This document shows, piece after piece, positions 24,300 to 44,500 of a stretch of DNA of 64,000 bases. The notes under the pieces were generated by a model. It did no database searches and was not told the DNA's origin. It was given only the letters and a program-made list of their open reading frames with translations. Every line of letters begins with the position of its first letter. The first letter of the stretch is position 1. The translations under genes and the position numbers were made by a program. Location: contig NIVC01000660.1 of assembly GCA_002269645.1 (NCBI GenBank), forward strand, positions 248,001 through 312,000, written 5' to 3'. This DNA is from Macrostomum lignano. Taxonomy: Eukaryota.

Positions 24300-24740
24300 C
24301 CCTAAATGAAAGCAGTTTGAACGATAGTTTGATCATCGACACCAAGTTTTTCAGAGTTCCCGGCGGATATTTTTCGCCATTCTCCTTCCTCACCTCAAAA
24401 ACGAAGAATTGCAACAGTTCGTTAATCTCATTCTTTGTAAGCTCTTCGACAGGCTTAATCACCGCGAGTCCTGACAGACGGCCTTGCATTTGCAGTTGGA
24501 CACGATTCTCCTTCCACGTCCGGAACACATTCATCGCCCACTTTTCTTTTGCTCGTGTAGACTCAGGTAAGCTCTCTAGCATTCTGCGCTCCAAAGCGGT
24601 CTCATCAAGCAACTCACCGAACGAGAGCTAGGTTTGGTCGGCAGTGTTTTAGCGTTTCCGAGGGGCGGCGGAACTACATTTCCAGCAGGGGCTGGATCGA
24701 AAAAATTAAAAAAGTTGTCGCTATAAAATTCTTCTTCCAT
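24300..24740 (-). pseudogene. Crypton/DUF3504-like tyrosine recombinase, N-terminal fragment
   Basis: MEEEFY...SRF(fs)GELLDE...STRAKEKWAMNVFRTW...LLQFFVFEVRKENGEKYPPGTLKNLV. Confidence 0.78.
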
Positions 24741-24944
24741 CGCGGTGTGGTTCAAGAGAAAGCTACGAAAGAAAGTAATTCGGATTTCGTCTAGCTAGTA
24801 CTGTCTTAAATTTATGGAAAATTTGTCTATGGTTCCAATGTGGGGGCTTCGCCCCCACACCCCCAGTCGGGGCTTTGCCGACTGACTGCACAGCATTCGG
24901 CCCGGCTCAAGAGAAAGCTACAAAAATAAGCAATTCGGATTTCA

Positions 24945-25096
24945 TATAAGATCACGGTAGTTTAATGCGCGTTCTATGGTAGAAAGTCCTCGGCCACACT
25001 TAATGGTCCTCGGCTCGCTTCGCTCGCCTCGAGACCATCAACTGCAGCCTCGGACTTTCTAACCCTAGAATGCGCATTAAACATCCATGATTATAT
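24945..25096. mobile_element. ~150-bp foldback/hairpin element
   Basis: Arms ATCACGGTAGTTTAATGCGCGTTCTA / TAGAATGCGCATTAAACATCCATGAT (22/26 complementary); inner arms AGAAAGTCC / GGACTTTCT; central CTCGCTTCGCTCG. Confidence 0.7.
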
Positions 25097-25322
25097 ACTG
25101 GAATCTGAATCAGCAAATAAAAATGCTTGGTTTAGCCATATACTGTAGATCTCAGTCAGCGGAGTTTTGGCCATAGACAGAATTATAGATTTAGATTTTA
25201 AACGAACTGCAATAGTTCAATTTGGGTGTTGCTTAAGTCAACTGCAGGGAATATCGAGCGCTCGATATTCTCTGGTCAACCGTTAAGAAAATAGTTTCGT
25301 TCAATAATTCAACAGACAATAA

Positions 25323-28300
25323 ATGCAGCATCAGGCACACATCTTTTGCTGCCTTTTGGCAGTGTTTAATTGCTTTTTGAGTCCGGTTCTAGCCTCTATC
25401 TCTGAGAAAGACAAGTTAGCATTTGTGGTGACTCACAATCGGCTGAGACAGGCGATTTTTCCTACTGCCAGAGCCATGCTGCTTTTGGTGAGTTGGCTGG
25501 CTGAACTTTGAGAAGTTGAGTAGCTGCTACTCACTAGCCTGCTCACTCGTGTCATAAAACTCGAGTCATAAAACTCGTGTCATAAAACTCGTGTCATAAA
25601 ACTCGTGTCATAAAACTCGTGTCATAAAACTCGTGTCATAAAACTCGTGTCATAAAACTCGTGAACTCGTGAACTCGTGAACTCGTGAACTCGTGAACTC
25701 CTAAACTCATGAACTCGTGAACTTGTGAACTCGTGAACTCGTGAACTCGTGAACTCGTGAACTCGTGAACTCGTGAGCTCGTGAGCTCGTGAACTCGTGA
25801 CTTCGTGAACTCGTGAACTCCTAAACTCGTGAACTCGTGAACTCGTGAACTCGTGAACTCGTGAACTCGTGAGCTCGTGAACTCGTGAACTCGTGAACTC
25901 CTAAACTCGTGAACTCGTGAACTCGTGAACTCGTGAACTCGTGAACTCGTGAACTCGTGAACTCTTGAACTCTTGAACTCGTGAACTCCTAAACTCGTGA
26001 ACTCGTGAACTCGTGAACTCGTGAACTCGTGAACTCGTGAACTCTTGAACTCGTGAACTCGTGAACTCTTGAACTCGTGAACTCTTGAACTCTTGAACTC
26101 TTGAACTCTTGAACTCTTGAACTCGTGAAATCTTGAACTCAAACTCGAACTCATGAAATTCTGAACTCATAAACTCTTGAACCTTTGATCTCTTGAACCC
26201 AGGAGTGGAACCAGTCGATAGCGGACTTTGCTAGCCAAATCAGCCAGCACTGCAATCTCAGTGTTAATATCAGCAAAATTTTTCCCAAACTTGCTGGACA
26301 CGACTTCAACATGTACAAAGGATCAAAAGCTACCGCCAGCCCAGCGAATGTCATAATGCACTGGTACGCGGAGAAGAGCCACTTCAACATTAGCCAGCAG
26401 GATAACTGGATTCCAAAGCCAGGTTGTTCGACCAGAAATTATTCTAACATGATGCGACAATCGCAGAGTGTCATTGGCTGCGGTTCACCGACTGTAAAGA
26501 TAGCACTCGCATGGTTGTGTGCGGTTACAGCAAGGCTGCAGGAATGTAAGAAATTTAACACCCATGGCTTAACCCGCAGTGCTTACACAGGTTGCAGTTT
26601 TCACATGGGTGTACAGTTATCAAATGGGGGTACATTTATCACAAATGGGTGTACATAAATCACACTGGGTGTACATAATCACACTGGGTGTACATAATCA
26701 CACTGGGTGTACATAAACCACACTGGGTGTACAAATCTCACAAGGTGTACATAAATCACACTGGGTGTGCATAAATCACACTGGGTGTACATAAATCACA
26801 CTGGGTGTACATAAATCACACTGGGTGTACAGAAATCACACTGGGTGTGCATAAATCACACTGGGTGTACATAATCACACTGGGTGTACATAATCACACT
26901 GGGTGTACAAATCTCACAAGGTGTAAATAAATCACAGGGCGTACATAAATCACACTGGGTGTGCATAAATCACACTGGGTGTACATAAATCACACTGGGT
27001 GTACATAAATCACACTGGGTGTACATAAATCACACTGGGTGTACAGAAATCACACTGGGTGTGCATAAATCACACTGGGTGTACATAATCACACTGGGTG
27101 TACATAATCACACTGGGTGTACAAATCTCACAAGGTGTAAATAAATCACAGGGCGTACATAAATCACACTGGGTGTGCATAAATCACACTGGGTGTGCAG
27201 AAATCACACTGTATACTCATATACATGTATGTATCTCTTATATATTTTTATATACTTTAAGTTTTTCATCAGCTATTTATCTAAAATTGAAAAATGTAAC
27301 ATTTCTTCAGAGCATTCGAAAACCAGTTTGGCTGCAGTTGCTCCGACTGTCCTGCGAAGTTTTCAGCCTGTTTCGGCGGTCTGTGTACGTCTGGCGACTT
27401 GGCTAAAGGACCGGAGCACGACGAGCTGGACTCTGTTCAGAACAAATGTCAGACTTTGATCCGCTGCCTGCTGAAGTTCACTCATTCTGCCCGACAATTC
27501 CCTCATCTACCTGGCACTCATTTCTGTCCTTTCCCTTATCTACCTGGCACTCATTTCTGTCCTTTCCCTTATCTACCTCGCACTCATTTCTGTCCTTTCC
27601 CTTATCTACCTGGCACTCATTTCTGTCCTTTCCCTTATCTACCTGGCACTCATTTCTGTCCTTTCCCTTATCTACCTGGCACTCATTTCTGTCCTTTCCC
27701 TTATCTACCTGGCACTCATTTCTGTCCTTTCCCTTATCTACCTGGCACTCATTTCTGTCCTTTCCCTTATCTACCTGGCACTCAGTTCTGTCCTTTCCCT
27801 TATCTACCTGGCACTCATTTCTGTCCTTTCCCTTATCTACCTGGCACTCATTTCTGTCCTTTCACTTATCTACCTGGCACTCAGTTCTGTCCTTTCCCTT
27901 ATCTACCTGGCACTCATTCTGCCCGACAATTCCCTTATCTACCTGGCACTCGGTTCTGTCCTTTCCCTTATCTACCTGGCACTCAGTTCTGTCCTTTCCC
28001 TTATCTACTGGCACTCATTCTGCCCGACAATTCCCTCATCTACCTGGCACTCAGTTCTGTCATTTCCCTTATCTACCTGGCACTCATTTCTGTCCTTTCA
28101 CTTATCTACCTGGCACTCAGTTCTGTCCTTCCCTTATCTACCTGGCACTCATTTCTGTCCTTTCACTTATCTACCTGGCACTCAGTTCTGTCCTTTCCCT
28201 TATCTACCTGGCACTCGGTTCTGTCCTTTCCCTTATCTACCTGGCGCTCAGTTCTGTCCTTTCCCTTATCTACCTGGCACTCATTCTGCCCGACAATTCC

Positions 28301-31300
28301 CTTATCTACCTGGCACTCAGCTCTGTCCTTTCCCTTATCTACCTGGCACTCATTTCTGTCCTTTCCCTTATCTACCTGGCACTCAGTTCTGTCCTTTCCC
28401 TTGTCTACCTGGCACTCAGTTCTGTCCGACAATTCCCTTATCTACCTGGCACTCAGTTCTGTCCTTTCCCTTATCTACCTGGCACTCATTCTGCCCGACA
28501 ATTCCCTTATCTACCTGGCACTCAGTTCTGTCCTTTCCCTTATCTACCTGGCACTCAGTTCTGTCCGACAATTCCCTTATCTACCTGGCACTCAGCTCTG
28601 TCCTTTCCCTTATCTATCTAGCATCAGTTATGTCCTTTCCCTCATCTACCTGGCACTCAGTTCTGTCATTTCCCTTATCTACCTGGCACTCAGTTCTGTC
28701 ATATCCCTTATTTACCTGGCACTCAGTTCTGTCATTTCCCTTATCTACCTACCTGGCACTCAGTTCTGTCATTTCCCTCATCTACCTGGCACTCAGTTCT
28801 GTCATTTCCCTTATCTACCTGGCACTCAGTTCTGTCATTTTTTTTTCTACCTGGCACTCAGTTCTGTCATTTCCCTTATCTACCTGGCACTCATTTCTGT
28901 CATTTCCCGTATCTACCTGGCACTCAGTTCTGTCATTTCCCTTATCTACCTGGCACTCAGTTCTGCCATTTCCCTTATTTACCTTGCACTCAGTGCGTTC
29001 CGCCCATCATGCAATACATGTACATGTATAACTCGTAATTAACCTGTTGCAGCTTGCAGAATCGATTGCAGGAATTGTGCATTAAGGACAGATTTTTCAG
29101 CCACCGTGATGAGTTCTTCTATCAGTACTTTTTCGACTGCAGTTCACAAATGCGAGTGTCTTTGCCATCCTTCAAACAGTGGAAAATACTGCCAGAGTAA
29201 GTTGTCTAATTTTTTAGCGCCTTGGTTATTGATAGAGGTGGTTCAACGCAGTGCAATTATGAAATATAAAAAATGGAAAATTAAATGAAAATTTTCATAC
29301 AGTAGCGTACACGTTACATTAGGTTATTGTACATCCTGCTCGAGTGCTGTACACCCTGTGTGAGCACTGTACACCCTGTGTGAGCACTGTACACCCTGTG
29401 TAAGCACTGAACACCCTGTGTGAGCACTGAACACCCTGTGTGAGCACTGAACACCCTGTGTGAGCACTGTACACCCTGTGTGAGCACTGTACACCCTGTG
29501 TGAGCACTGAACACCCTGTGTGAGCACTTTACGTAGTACACCCTTTTTAGACATTTACACCCTTTATGAGCACTGTACACCCTTTATGAGCACTGTACAC
29601 CCTTTATGAGCACTGTACACCCTTTATGAGCACTGTACACCCTGTGTGAGCACTGAAAACACTTTATGAGCACTGTACACCCCGTGTAGGCAAACCCTGT
29701 GTGAGCACTGTACACCCTGTGTGAGCACTGTACACCCTGTGTGAGCACTGTACACCCTGTGTGAGCACTGTACACCCTGTGTGTGCACTGTACACCCTGT
29801 GTGAGCACTGTACACCCCCTGTGTGAGCACTGTACACCCTGTGTGAGCACTGTACACCCTGTGTGAGCACTGTACACCCTGTGTGAGCACTGTACACCCT
29901 GTGTGAGCACTGTACACCCTGTGTGAGCACTGTGTAGCTATTAAGGCCTGAATTCACGCTAACCCACAGAGGGCTCGTCCATCGAAGCCTGCAAAGATTG
30001 CGAGTCAATGAAGTCTTCCAAGTGTCTGAACGGTGGCGTCAACTACTTGGCATTTGTATTCCCGGCAAAAGTGCACTGCGGCTGTTTATGTCCGCTCGAA
30101 TTTGTTGGCAAATACTGCGAAATCTCGGCTATTCTGCATGTTAATAGTGTGAAACTGACATTTGTGTCGGCGGCCTGGTTCAGATCGGGGCCCCTGGTTG
30201 TCTTGCCACCGATCGCTAAAGCTCAGGTAGGTTTTTGGCGTCAGTGTAAACAGTGTGGCGCCAGTATAAACAGTGTGGCGCCAGTATAAACAGTGTGGCG
30301 CTAGTATAAACAGTGTGGCGCCAGTATAAACAGTGTGGCGCTAGTATAAACAGTGTGGCGCTAGTATAAACAGTGTAGCGCCAGTATAAACAGTGTGGCG
30401 CCAGTATAAACAGTGTGGCGCTAGTATAAACAGTGTGACGCCAGTATAAACAGTGTGGCGCCAGGATAAACAGTGTGGCGCTAGTATAAACAGTGTGGCG
30501 CCAGTATAAACAGTGTGGCGCTAGTATAAACAGTGTGGCGCTAGTACAAACAGTGTGGCGCTAGTATAAACAGTGTGGCGCTAGTATAAACAGTGTGGCG
30601 CTAGTATAAACAGTGTGCGCCGGGATAAACAGTGTGGCGCTAGTATAAACAGTGTGGCGCTAGTATAAACAGTGTGGCGCCAGTATAAACAGTGTGGCGC
30701 CAGTATAAACAGTGTGGCGCCAGTATAAACAGTGTGGCGCCAGTATACCTAAGTGAAACATAAGATTTCTTACACTTACATGCATCCAGAACTGAAAGCC
30801 TGTAAGCCCATATCATTTTCAATCTACAGTTTCACATGGAGATTTGGAATGTAAAGTTCCGCTCAGCGGTTGCCCAAGCCGTTACAAAGTTCTGCCGAAA
30901 CCACAATTATGAGTTGTGCTGCTCAGGCAGGAGCTACACGGTCGAGGTTGGTTCTGCATCTTATGTTGGCCCGGAAGACGTCAATTATTTGCAGGGCACC
31001 ATCAACCAGGTTGCTGGCGGCGGTCTGCAGCTGCTGATCTACATTGGCGTGCCGGCGGGTAGCAGCACCCTGTGCTCGGTGGGAAAATTAAAAGTACAGA
31101 AGCGTAAACTGCTGCTTGATCGAGGTGAGTGATTAGTGTTGCTCTGCTTTTTACTTGCTGAGGTAGTGAAACAGATACAGTGGCAACTGCTAAAGCCCTT
31201 GGTTCTAAAGCCCCCGGTGCTAAAGCCCCCGGTGCTAAAGCCCCCGGTGCTAAAGCCCCCGGTGCTAAAGCCCCCGGTGCTAAAGCCCCCGGTGCTAAAG

Positions 31301-32694
31301 CCCCCGGTGCTAAAGCCCCGGTGCTAAAGCCCCCGGTGCTAAAGCCCCCGGTGCTAAAGCCCCCGGTGCTAAAGCCCCCGGTGCTAAAGCCCCCGGTGCT
31401 AAAGCCCCCGGTGCTAAAGCCCCCGGTGCTAAAGCCCCCGGTGCTAAAGCCCCCGGTGCTAAAGCCCCCGGTGCTAAAGCCCCCGGTGCTAAAGCCCCCG
31501 GTGCTAAAGCCCCCGGTGCTAAAGCCCCCGGTGCTAAAGCCCCCGGTACTAAAGCCCCCGGTGCTAAAGCCCCCGGTGCTAAAGCCCCCGGTGCTAAAGC
31601 CCCCGGTGCTAAAGCCCCCGGTGCTAAAGCCCCCGGTGCTAAAGCCCCCGGTGCTAAAGCCCCCGGTGCTAAAGCCCCCGGTGCTAAAGCCCCCGGTGCT
31701 AAAGCCCCCGGTGCTAAAGCCCCCGGTGCTAAAGCCCCCGGTGCTAAAGCCCCCGGTGCTAAAGCCCCCGGTGCTAAAGCCCCCGGTGCTAAAGCCCCCG
31801 GTGCTAAAGCCCCCGGTGCTAAAGCCCCCGGTGCTAAAGCCCCCGGTGCTAAAGCCCCCGGTGCTAAAGCCCCCGGTGCTAAAGCCCCCGGTGCTAAAGC
31901 CCCCGGTGCTAAAGCCCCCGGTGCTAAAGCCCCCGGTGCTAAAGCCCCCGGTGCTAAAGCCCCCGGTGCTAAAGCCCCCGGTGCTAAAGCCCCCGGTGTT
32001 AAAGCCCCCGGTGTTAAAGCCCCCGGTACTAAAGCCCCCGGTGCTAAAGCCCCCGGTGCTAAAGCCCCCGGTGTTAAAGCCCCCGGTGCTAAAGCCCCCG
32101 GTACTAAAGCCCCCGGTGCTAAAGCCCCCGGTGCTAAAGCCCCCGGTGTTAAAGCCCCCGGTGCTAAAGCCCAGTTAAAGAAAAATGTGAGCTCCTGAAT
32201 GCGCCCTAATGCCACGACTACTGGTGACTGAACTTTTGCATTCTCGTGGTTCCTTCACACGTTGCTAAATCGCCACTCACATTGCTTAGCTATTTAGCTG
32301 AACTGCCGAAAATACAATCAATATAAAATCCATAATATCCATCCTTCGTAAACAATTTTCCACGCCAGCGCAACCAGCAAAGTTCGTCCGCTCTGCGGTT
32401 ATCCGACTGGCTGTACAGCAGTACAAGCGGGAAATTGACGAATCTTTGCCGCAAGGCGTTGCCATTGGAGCCATTGATTTCTTGGAATCTCGAGCAGATT
32501 TTGGCAAGGACTACGGATGGATATGGACGTCTTATGCCGCTAGATCTAGTCGCAATGACGTTGATAATTCTAACATTACAGACTGTATTAATAGGAAAAG
32601 TGATATTACTGAGAAGTCGTACTCTTCCAGGCTAAAGTGTGCACCATTTATTAATTTTATTACAGCATTGCTGTCCGTATTGCTAACAAAATAA
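25323..32694 (+). CDS. CAP-EGF membrane-anchored protein, paralog 2 (multi-exon)
   Basis: Exons 25323-25487, 26203-26545 (CAP; 1-nt frameshift at ~26484), 27311-27447, 29053-29196 (EGF1), 29970-30226 (EGF2), 30830-31124, 32369-32694 (hydrophobic tail); phases 0,2,1,1,0,1. Confidence 0.85.
25546..26180. repeat. 15-bp (AAAACTCGTGTCATA) then 8-bp (GAACTCGT) intronic repeats
   Basis: Tandem periodicity. Confidence 0.93.
26640..27210. repeat. 19-20-bp intronic minisatellite (CACACTGGGTGTACATAAAT)
   Basis: Tandem periodicity. Confidence 0.93.
27478..28992. repeat. 33-bp intronic minisatellite (CTACCTGGCACTCATTTCTGTCCTTTCCCTTAT)
   Basis: Tandem periodicity; ORFs 27399-29042 are artefacts. Confidence 0.95.
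29345..29933. repeat. 20-bp intronic minisatellite (GAGCACTGTACACCCTGTGT)
   Basis: Tandem periodicity. Confidence 0.94.
30241..30746. repeat. 20-bp intronic minisatellite (CCAGTATAAACAGTGTGGCG)
   Basis: Tandem periodicity. Confidence 0.94.
31188..32173. repeat. 15-bp intronic minisatellite (GCTAAAGCCCCCGGT), ~65 copies
   Basis: Highly homogeneous tandem array. Confidence 0.96.
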
Positions 32695-33137
32695 TGCGAC
32701 TCCGATGTCGAATTTTTATTTACTACTGAAACAGAATAAACAGCGTACAATTTAATACACTTTCTATTGCTGCTTGTGTTAAAATGAGAAGAATTGTCAA
32801 ATTTTACGGCTTCAAAAGTTTAACTGTTATTTTTGTTGCTTTCCTAGAATTGATGAAACTTACGAGCTGACTAATTTCTGACTGACTAATTCTGACTAGT
32901 TTAAAGTCCTCCCCTAGGCCCTCCCCTAGGCCCATGTTCGTGCACACAATCCCCAAATAATAAATTGCCCTAAACTATATCAGTTCAGTAGGCCAGGAAC
33001 TGTATTTCATAACAGTGTTTAGTCGCGTAGATGCACGCTCGTATATTTTGCCGAGAAATTTTTACTCAATTCTGCTTTGCACACATGCAAAAGTTTCTCA
33101 CTACGTAGTAGAGCCGCCCACATGGTCTTCTGATGCA

Positions 33138-39986
<6,849 letters not shown>

Positions 39987-40167
39987 CGTGCTAGCGGGAA
40001 AAAAAATCGTTCCTTGATGGGTTACCTCGTATATATTTAATAAAATACCTAACCAGTCTGTGCCATAGATCTTATTTAAGAATACGAATATTTACGGATG
40101 AATTACCGAGCGATTTTACGTAATATTTAATAATATTATTATTAATATATAATAATATTTGAATATA

Positions 40168-40398
40168 ACTGGCCTAGTGGGCAGATGTGCAACCGATAGC
40201 TCAGCCGCAGCCATTGCGCGCCGCATCTTAAGACTGCGTCTAAGGCCTCGGGGGTCGCCATGCACACACTCTTAATTACCCTCCAGCCACAGCTGGATGA
40301 ACTGAAGCAATGCAGAGTTAAGTGTCTTGCTCAAGGAAACAAATTTTTCCAAGTGAATCGTGATCGTCCGACGCTCTAACCACTAGGCTACAACCTCC
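40168..40398 (-). mobile_element. tRNA-derived SINE copy
   Basis: Minus strand starts GGAGGTTGTAGCCTAGTGGTTAGAGCGTCGGAC (A box); carries TTGAGCAAGACACTT; related copy at 46818-47018. Confidence 0.75.
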
Positions 40399-41371
40399 AA
40401 CTTGCAGTTAAAATAATACTCACAGTAGTAGGTTTGTGGCATCGTATACCCTCCCGCTCAGTAGCTTTGAGAGACATAGACACTTTTTTTCATAATTAGT
40501 TAAGATAATAATGAGACGTCCACATGCTTGGGGGGGGGGGGCGCGGCTCACTCTGCCCCTCTTGGCTACGCCCCTGATTTTGAAAAAGAGTCCTATACAT
40601 GTGCGTAACAGCAGCAGGTGTGCATTTATTTTATAAAGACCGCCTTGTCGTCACTGTCGAAACTGCACCAAACTGAGAACAGACATGTACACAACACCAG
40701 ACTAATCCAGGCTAATTAAGTATTATAAGTGCCACTGGTATCGAATATCATTAGGCGCATTATTTCTATTAGCACTCTCGTGAAAAATTAAGGAAGAAAA
40801 GATCGTTGCTACTTTTTTTCAATTTAATTACAGCGATTTTAGCTGAACACAATGATACCCGCGTTCCTAGGAAACAGATTTGCAAATATTTGTTTGAAGC
40901 ATTCAAAATAAAAAGATATTTTAAAGCAAATAAAGATAATCAGTATTATTGACATGCATTTTCTGAAAGTTAAATGTGACTTTAAAATTTATTAAATGTC
41001 TTTAGCATTTCAAAAAACACATATTTAATATCGTTAATATATTATGAGAACATAAATACGTTGCCAAAGACAATTATACTTGCAGTGACGGTTTCATTAT
41101 GCAATAACTTTGCGCTTGAATATTGTTAGGCCAGAAATTTTCAAACTTTCAAATTTGATAAACTAACTAAATTAATGATTGAAGACAAAATTTATAAAAT
41201 AACAGTTATTGAATTTAAATGGTTTTTGTTAAACTAAGCACATTATTATAACAAAAATAATTATAGTAATATGGATTGGCTCCATAAGACAAAACAAGAA
41301 GTCTGAGATTGTACAACTATGCCAATGCATGGTAAATATACAAACCCATAGCTACTTTTATAAACATGCGG

Positions 41372-41545
41372 CTATCCATATACTAAAATATCATCTAAAA
41401 TTTTATTATGGTGATTTTTCGACTCTGAAGTTGAGTCTCCGATGCCAGCTGCGTCTGTTTTCAGAGTCCTTATCAACAGTCTGTCGTTCCTTAACTTGCA
41501 ATAGCCACAATAGCCTCCGCAGATTCCGTGAACTCTTTGATCATC
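41372..41545 (-). CDS. ADAMTS last exon (end of GON domain)
   Basis: ttcag|DDQRVHGICGGYCGYC...VYG*. Confidence 0.8.
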   Translation of the reverse strand, partial: DDQRVHGICGGYCGYCKLRNDRLLIRTLKTDAAGIGDSTSESKNHHNKILDDILVYG

Positions 41546-44500
41546 CTGAAATTTACTCGATCGATTAGCAAAATGCATTGGATTTGTCTACAAATTAGCT
41601 ATGACGATGTCGTCTAAACCCGGAAAATGTACATCGATGGACTAGAGTGGAGTATTCAAAGTAAAATAGTAAATAAAAATATCAACCGAAAAAGGCTGCT
41701 TACCAAATAATTAACAGTCACCGTGCTTGTATTTTCTCCCTGCCAGACATTTGCTTCGCTATCCAGCACGAAATCGGTGCCAGTCAGATCGATTGAAAAG
41801 CTGCCAACCGAGCAGCCGGACAGGCGGCTGAAGCAGTCACCGGCGCGACCGGCGGGCACGAAGCTTTTCCAGGAAATTGCGAATGTGCCGTCCGTTGCTG
41901 CGACAAAGAATGGATCGAATTTCAGCTCGAATAGGTCAAGGATGATTAAGCTTCGAATAGGTCAAGGAGGATGATTAAGCCTCGAATTGGTCAAGAAGGA
42001 TTAAGCTTCGAATAGGTCAAGAAGGATTAAGCTTCGAATTGGTCAAGAAGGATTAAGCTTCGAATTGGTCAAGAAGGATTAAGCTTCGAATTGGTCAAGA
42101 AGGATTAAGCTTCGAATTGGTCAAGAAGGATTAAGCTTCGAATAGGTCAAGAAGGATTAAGCTTCGAATAGGTCAATGAGGATTAAGCTTCGAATAGGTC
42201 AATGAGGATTAAGCTTCGAATAGGTCAATGAGGATTAAGCTTCGAATAGGTCAATGAGGATTAAGCTTCGAATAGGTCAATGAGGATTAAGCTTCGAATA
42301 GGTCAATGAGGATTAAGCTTCGAATAGGTCAATGAGGATTAAGCTTCGAATAGGTCATGAGGATTAAGCTTCGAATAGGTCAATGAGGATTAAGCTTCGA
42401 ATAGGTCAAACAGCTAATAGATTAGGCTTTAATACAGTAAAGAGATTACCATCAAGTGCCAGCCTGGGCGACAGTAGCAGCCGGTATTTTTTAAACGCGG
42501 CCATTCCGCTGACGAAGGCGCCAGGTCGGTCTGGCGTTACCCGACACAGGGCGCCAGGCTGGGAGCAGACGGCGCGACTGAAGCCTGCCACCGCTGCCGC
42601 CGGTGGACACGCCGATGGTGCCGGGTCGGTCAGGCCGATGTTGTGCATCACGGCGTAGTTCAATCCGGCTGAGCGGTCGAAGGCGGCGCTGGCTGCTGGC
42701 AGGCTGATGAATTCGCGTGGTTTTCGACTCTCCATGCCGAAGCAGTACACCTGCGCCGCGGCGAGAAGCATGGAGAGGCGGAACCTGATTGATGGAGGTC
42801 TGCGCGGCCACCGTGGCGCAACGCCTTCGGCGACATCGTCCCACAACCAGTGCTGACGGCGATTCTGCCCGTTCCGCTGACTCCTGAGCACACGCAAGTG
42901 CACCAATACTGTACGCAGGCTCGCACTCACACACACGCTCACACAGGGTGTACATCGGCCCTGACTTTCTAATCGTCAGGTATGTACACTTTCTGAGCCT
43001 TTAGGGCTGGCCCTCATGGCTGTGAATCGCACGACAACCCACCTGGGCAATTTTCGTGCACACACAAACCCCAAATGAATGAGTCCGTGTATGGAATAGA
43101 ACCAGCTGGGCCGTGGCTCGAGAGTCAGACGCGCTGAGCTGCTCTGCCCACAAGCTGTGCTAAGCACATTAGTCACTAACAAAATAAATGTCTGTACTGA
43201 ATTCTAAAGCTTTTTAGGAAATTTTTGGACCATTTTTCAACTTTGTTTTTTCTTACCAGCAAGCCGGTGGTGAAATCTTTACCTTGCGTCATTTATCTAC
43301 ATTGGTTTGATCTATTTGTCGGTAAAATTTCAAATGAAAAACCGAATATTTTACCCGAACATCCCGCCCGTCAATGCTCAGCCGGTATTGGCCGTCCAGT
43401 TTCACCCGAGTCGAGCTTTTCAGTTCCGCGCAGGTGCGAGCGCGGCACCGTCTCGGCGCGCAAGCGTCCCTGTCTGGCGGCATTTCGTCGCGTCTGCATC
43501 CAGCTTCGACGCTGCTCATTGCGTCAGGCCAGTGGCCCGGCTGCTGACGGCACCGAACCGATCTTTGACGCTCGCCCTCTCCACAGCCGCCGCTGCCGTA
43601 GCGACACTCGTCGTAGTCTCCGACCTCCCAGAAGGGAGAGCCGCCGACACTGCGACGGCTGTCCGTAGCGTCGCGACATTCGCCAAGGTTGCAGGCCATT
43701 CGCGACTCCGGCCGTAGTTTTTGGTCGCAGGCGGTGGCAGCGTCCACTGCGGGCCCGTCGCGCCAGCCCTCCGGGCTGATGCGCTGACAGCTGACTTGCC
43801 GGCTGATCCAGCCGCGACCGCAGCTGGTTGAGCAGCTGCTCCACGGATCCACCGTCCAGGCATGCGGACAGAAGGCAAGGAAGCAACGTCGTCGTTCGCG
43901 CGGGCGTCGGCGACTTTGTCGACAGTCACTCGGCGTATTGGCCTCTGTCGAGTTGCACGGCGTCAGGCGACGGATTTGGTAGCCGCGGCCGCAACTCGCC
44001 GAACAGGCGGACCAAGGACCGACGCGCCAGGCTGGGCGCAGATCGGACGATGTGATGACAAAGCCGCTGATTGTTCCGACGTGGCCTCCGACGTGTCGCT
44101 TCCTCGGTCTGCCGCAGGCAACTGTGTTGTTATTTTTACCTAAAGTCAAATCAGCAATCGAAGATCGACAACGACGTCGATTTCTCGGCCTGACTAATCG
44201 TTGCTGCTGAATGCAGAGTGCATCAGGCAGGACGGGTCCATCGGCTCCGAGACGGCACTCAACTGAGCGATGTCGGTGGCCGCGTCGGTCGCCGCTGCAG
44301 ATTGCCGAGGCTGGCAGCCGACAGTTGGACCACGGACCAATGCGCCAGCGGCAGCTGGGACCGTCCAGCTTGCAGGACTCCTTCACGACAGGCGGTTGAG
44401 TCTCTGAGCACAGAGTGGCGTTCGCAGCTAATGAACCGTTGCTCCATCGACAGTGCAGATCGCGAGTTCGAACACCGGTACTGCAGACGCCGACGCACTG

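Noticed and set aside
27399-29042. 547-aa and 391-aa ORFs, and similar long ORFs at 37166, 44579, 55093 and 57645
   Set aside because: Stop-free frames of intronic minisatellites; only short flanking parts are real exons.
31180-32215. Collagen- or extensin-like ORFs (PGAKA, KPPVL, PGALA)
   Set aside because: They translate a 15-bp array lying between a donor (31125) and an acceptor (32368) of paralog 2.
32298-32368. Longer last exon of paralog 2 requiring a frameshift
   Set aside because: The acceptor at 32368 gives the right phase and aligns with the paralogs without any correction.
40520-40580. CAGGGGCGTAGCC-like transposon end (minus strand)
   Set aside because: No matching partner end or TSD found nearby; too short to call.
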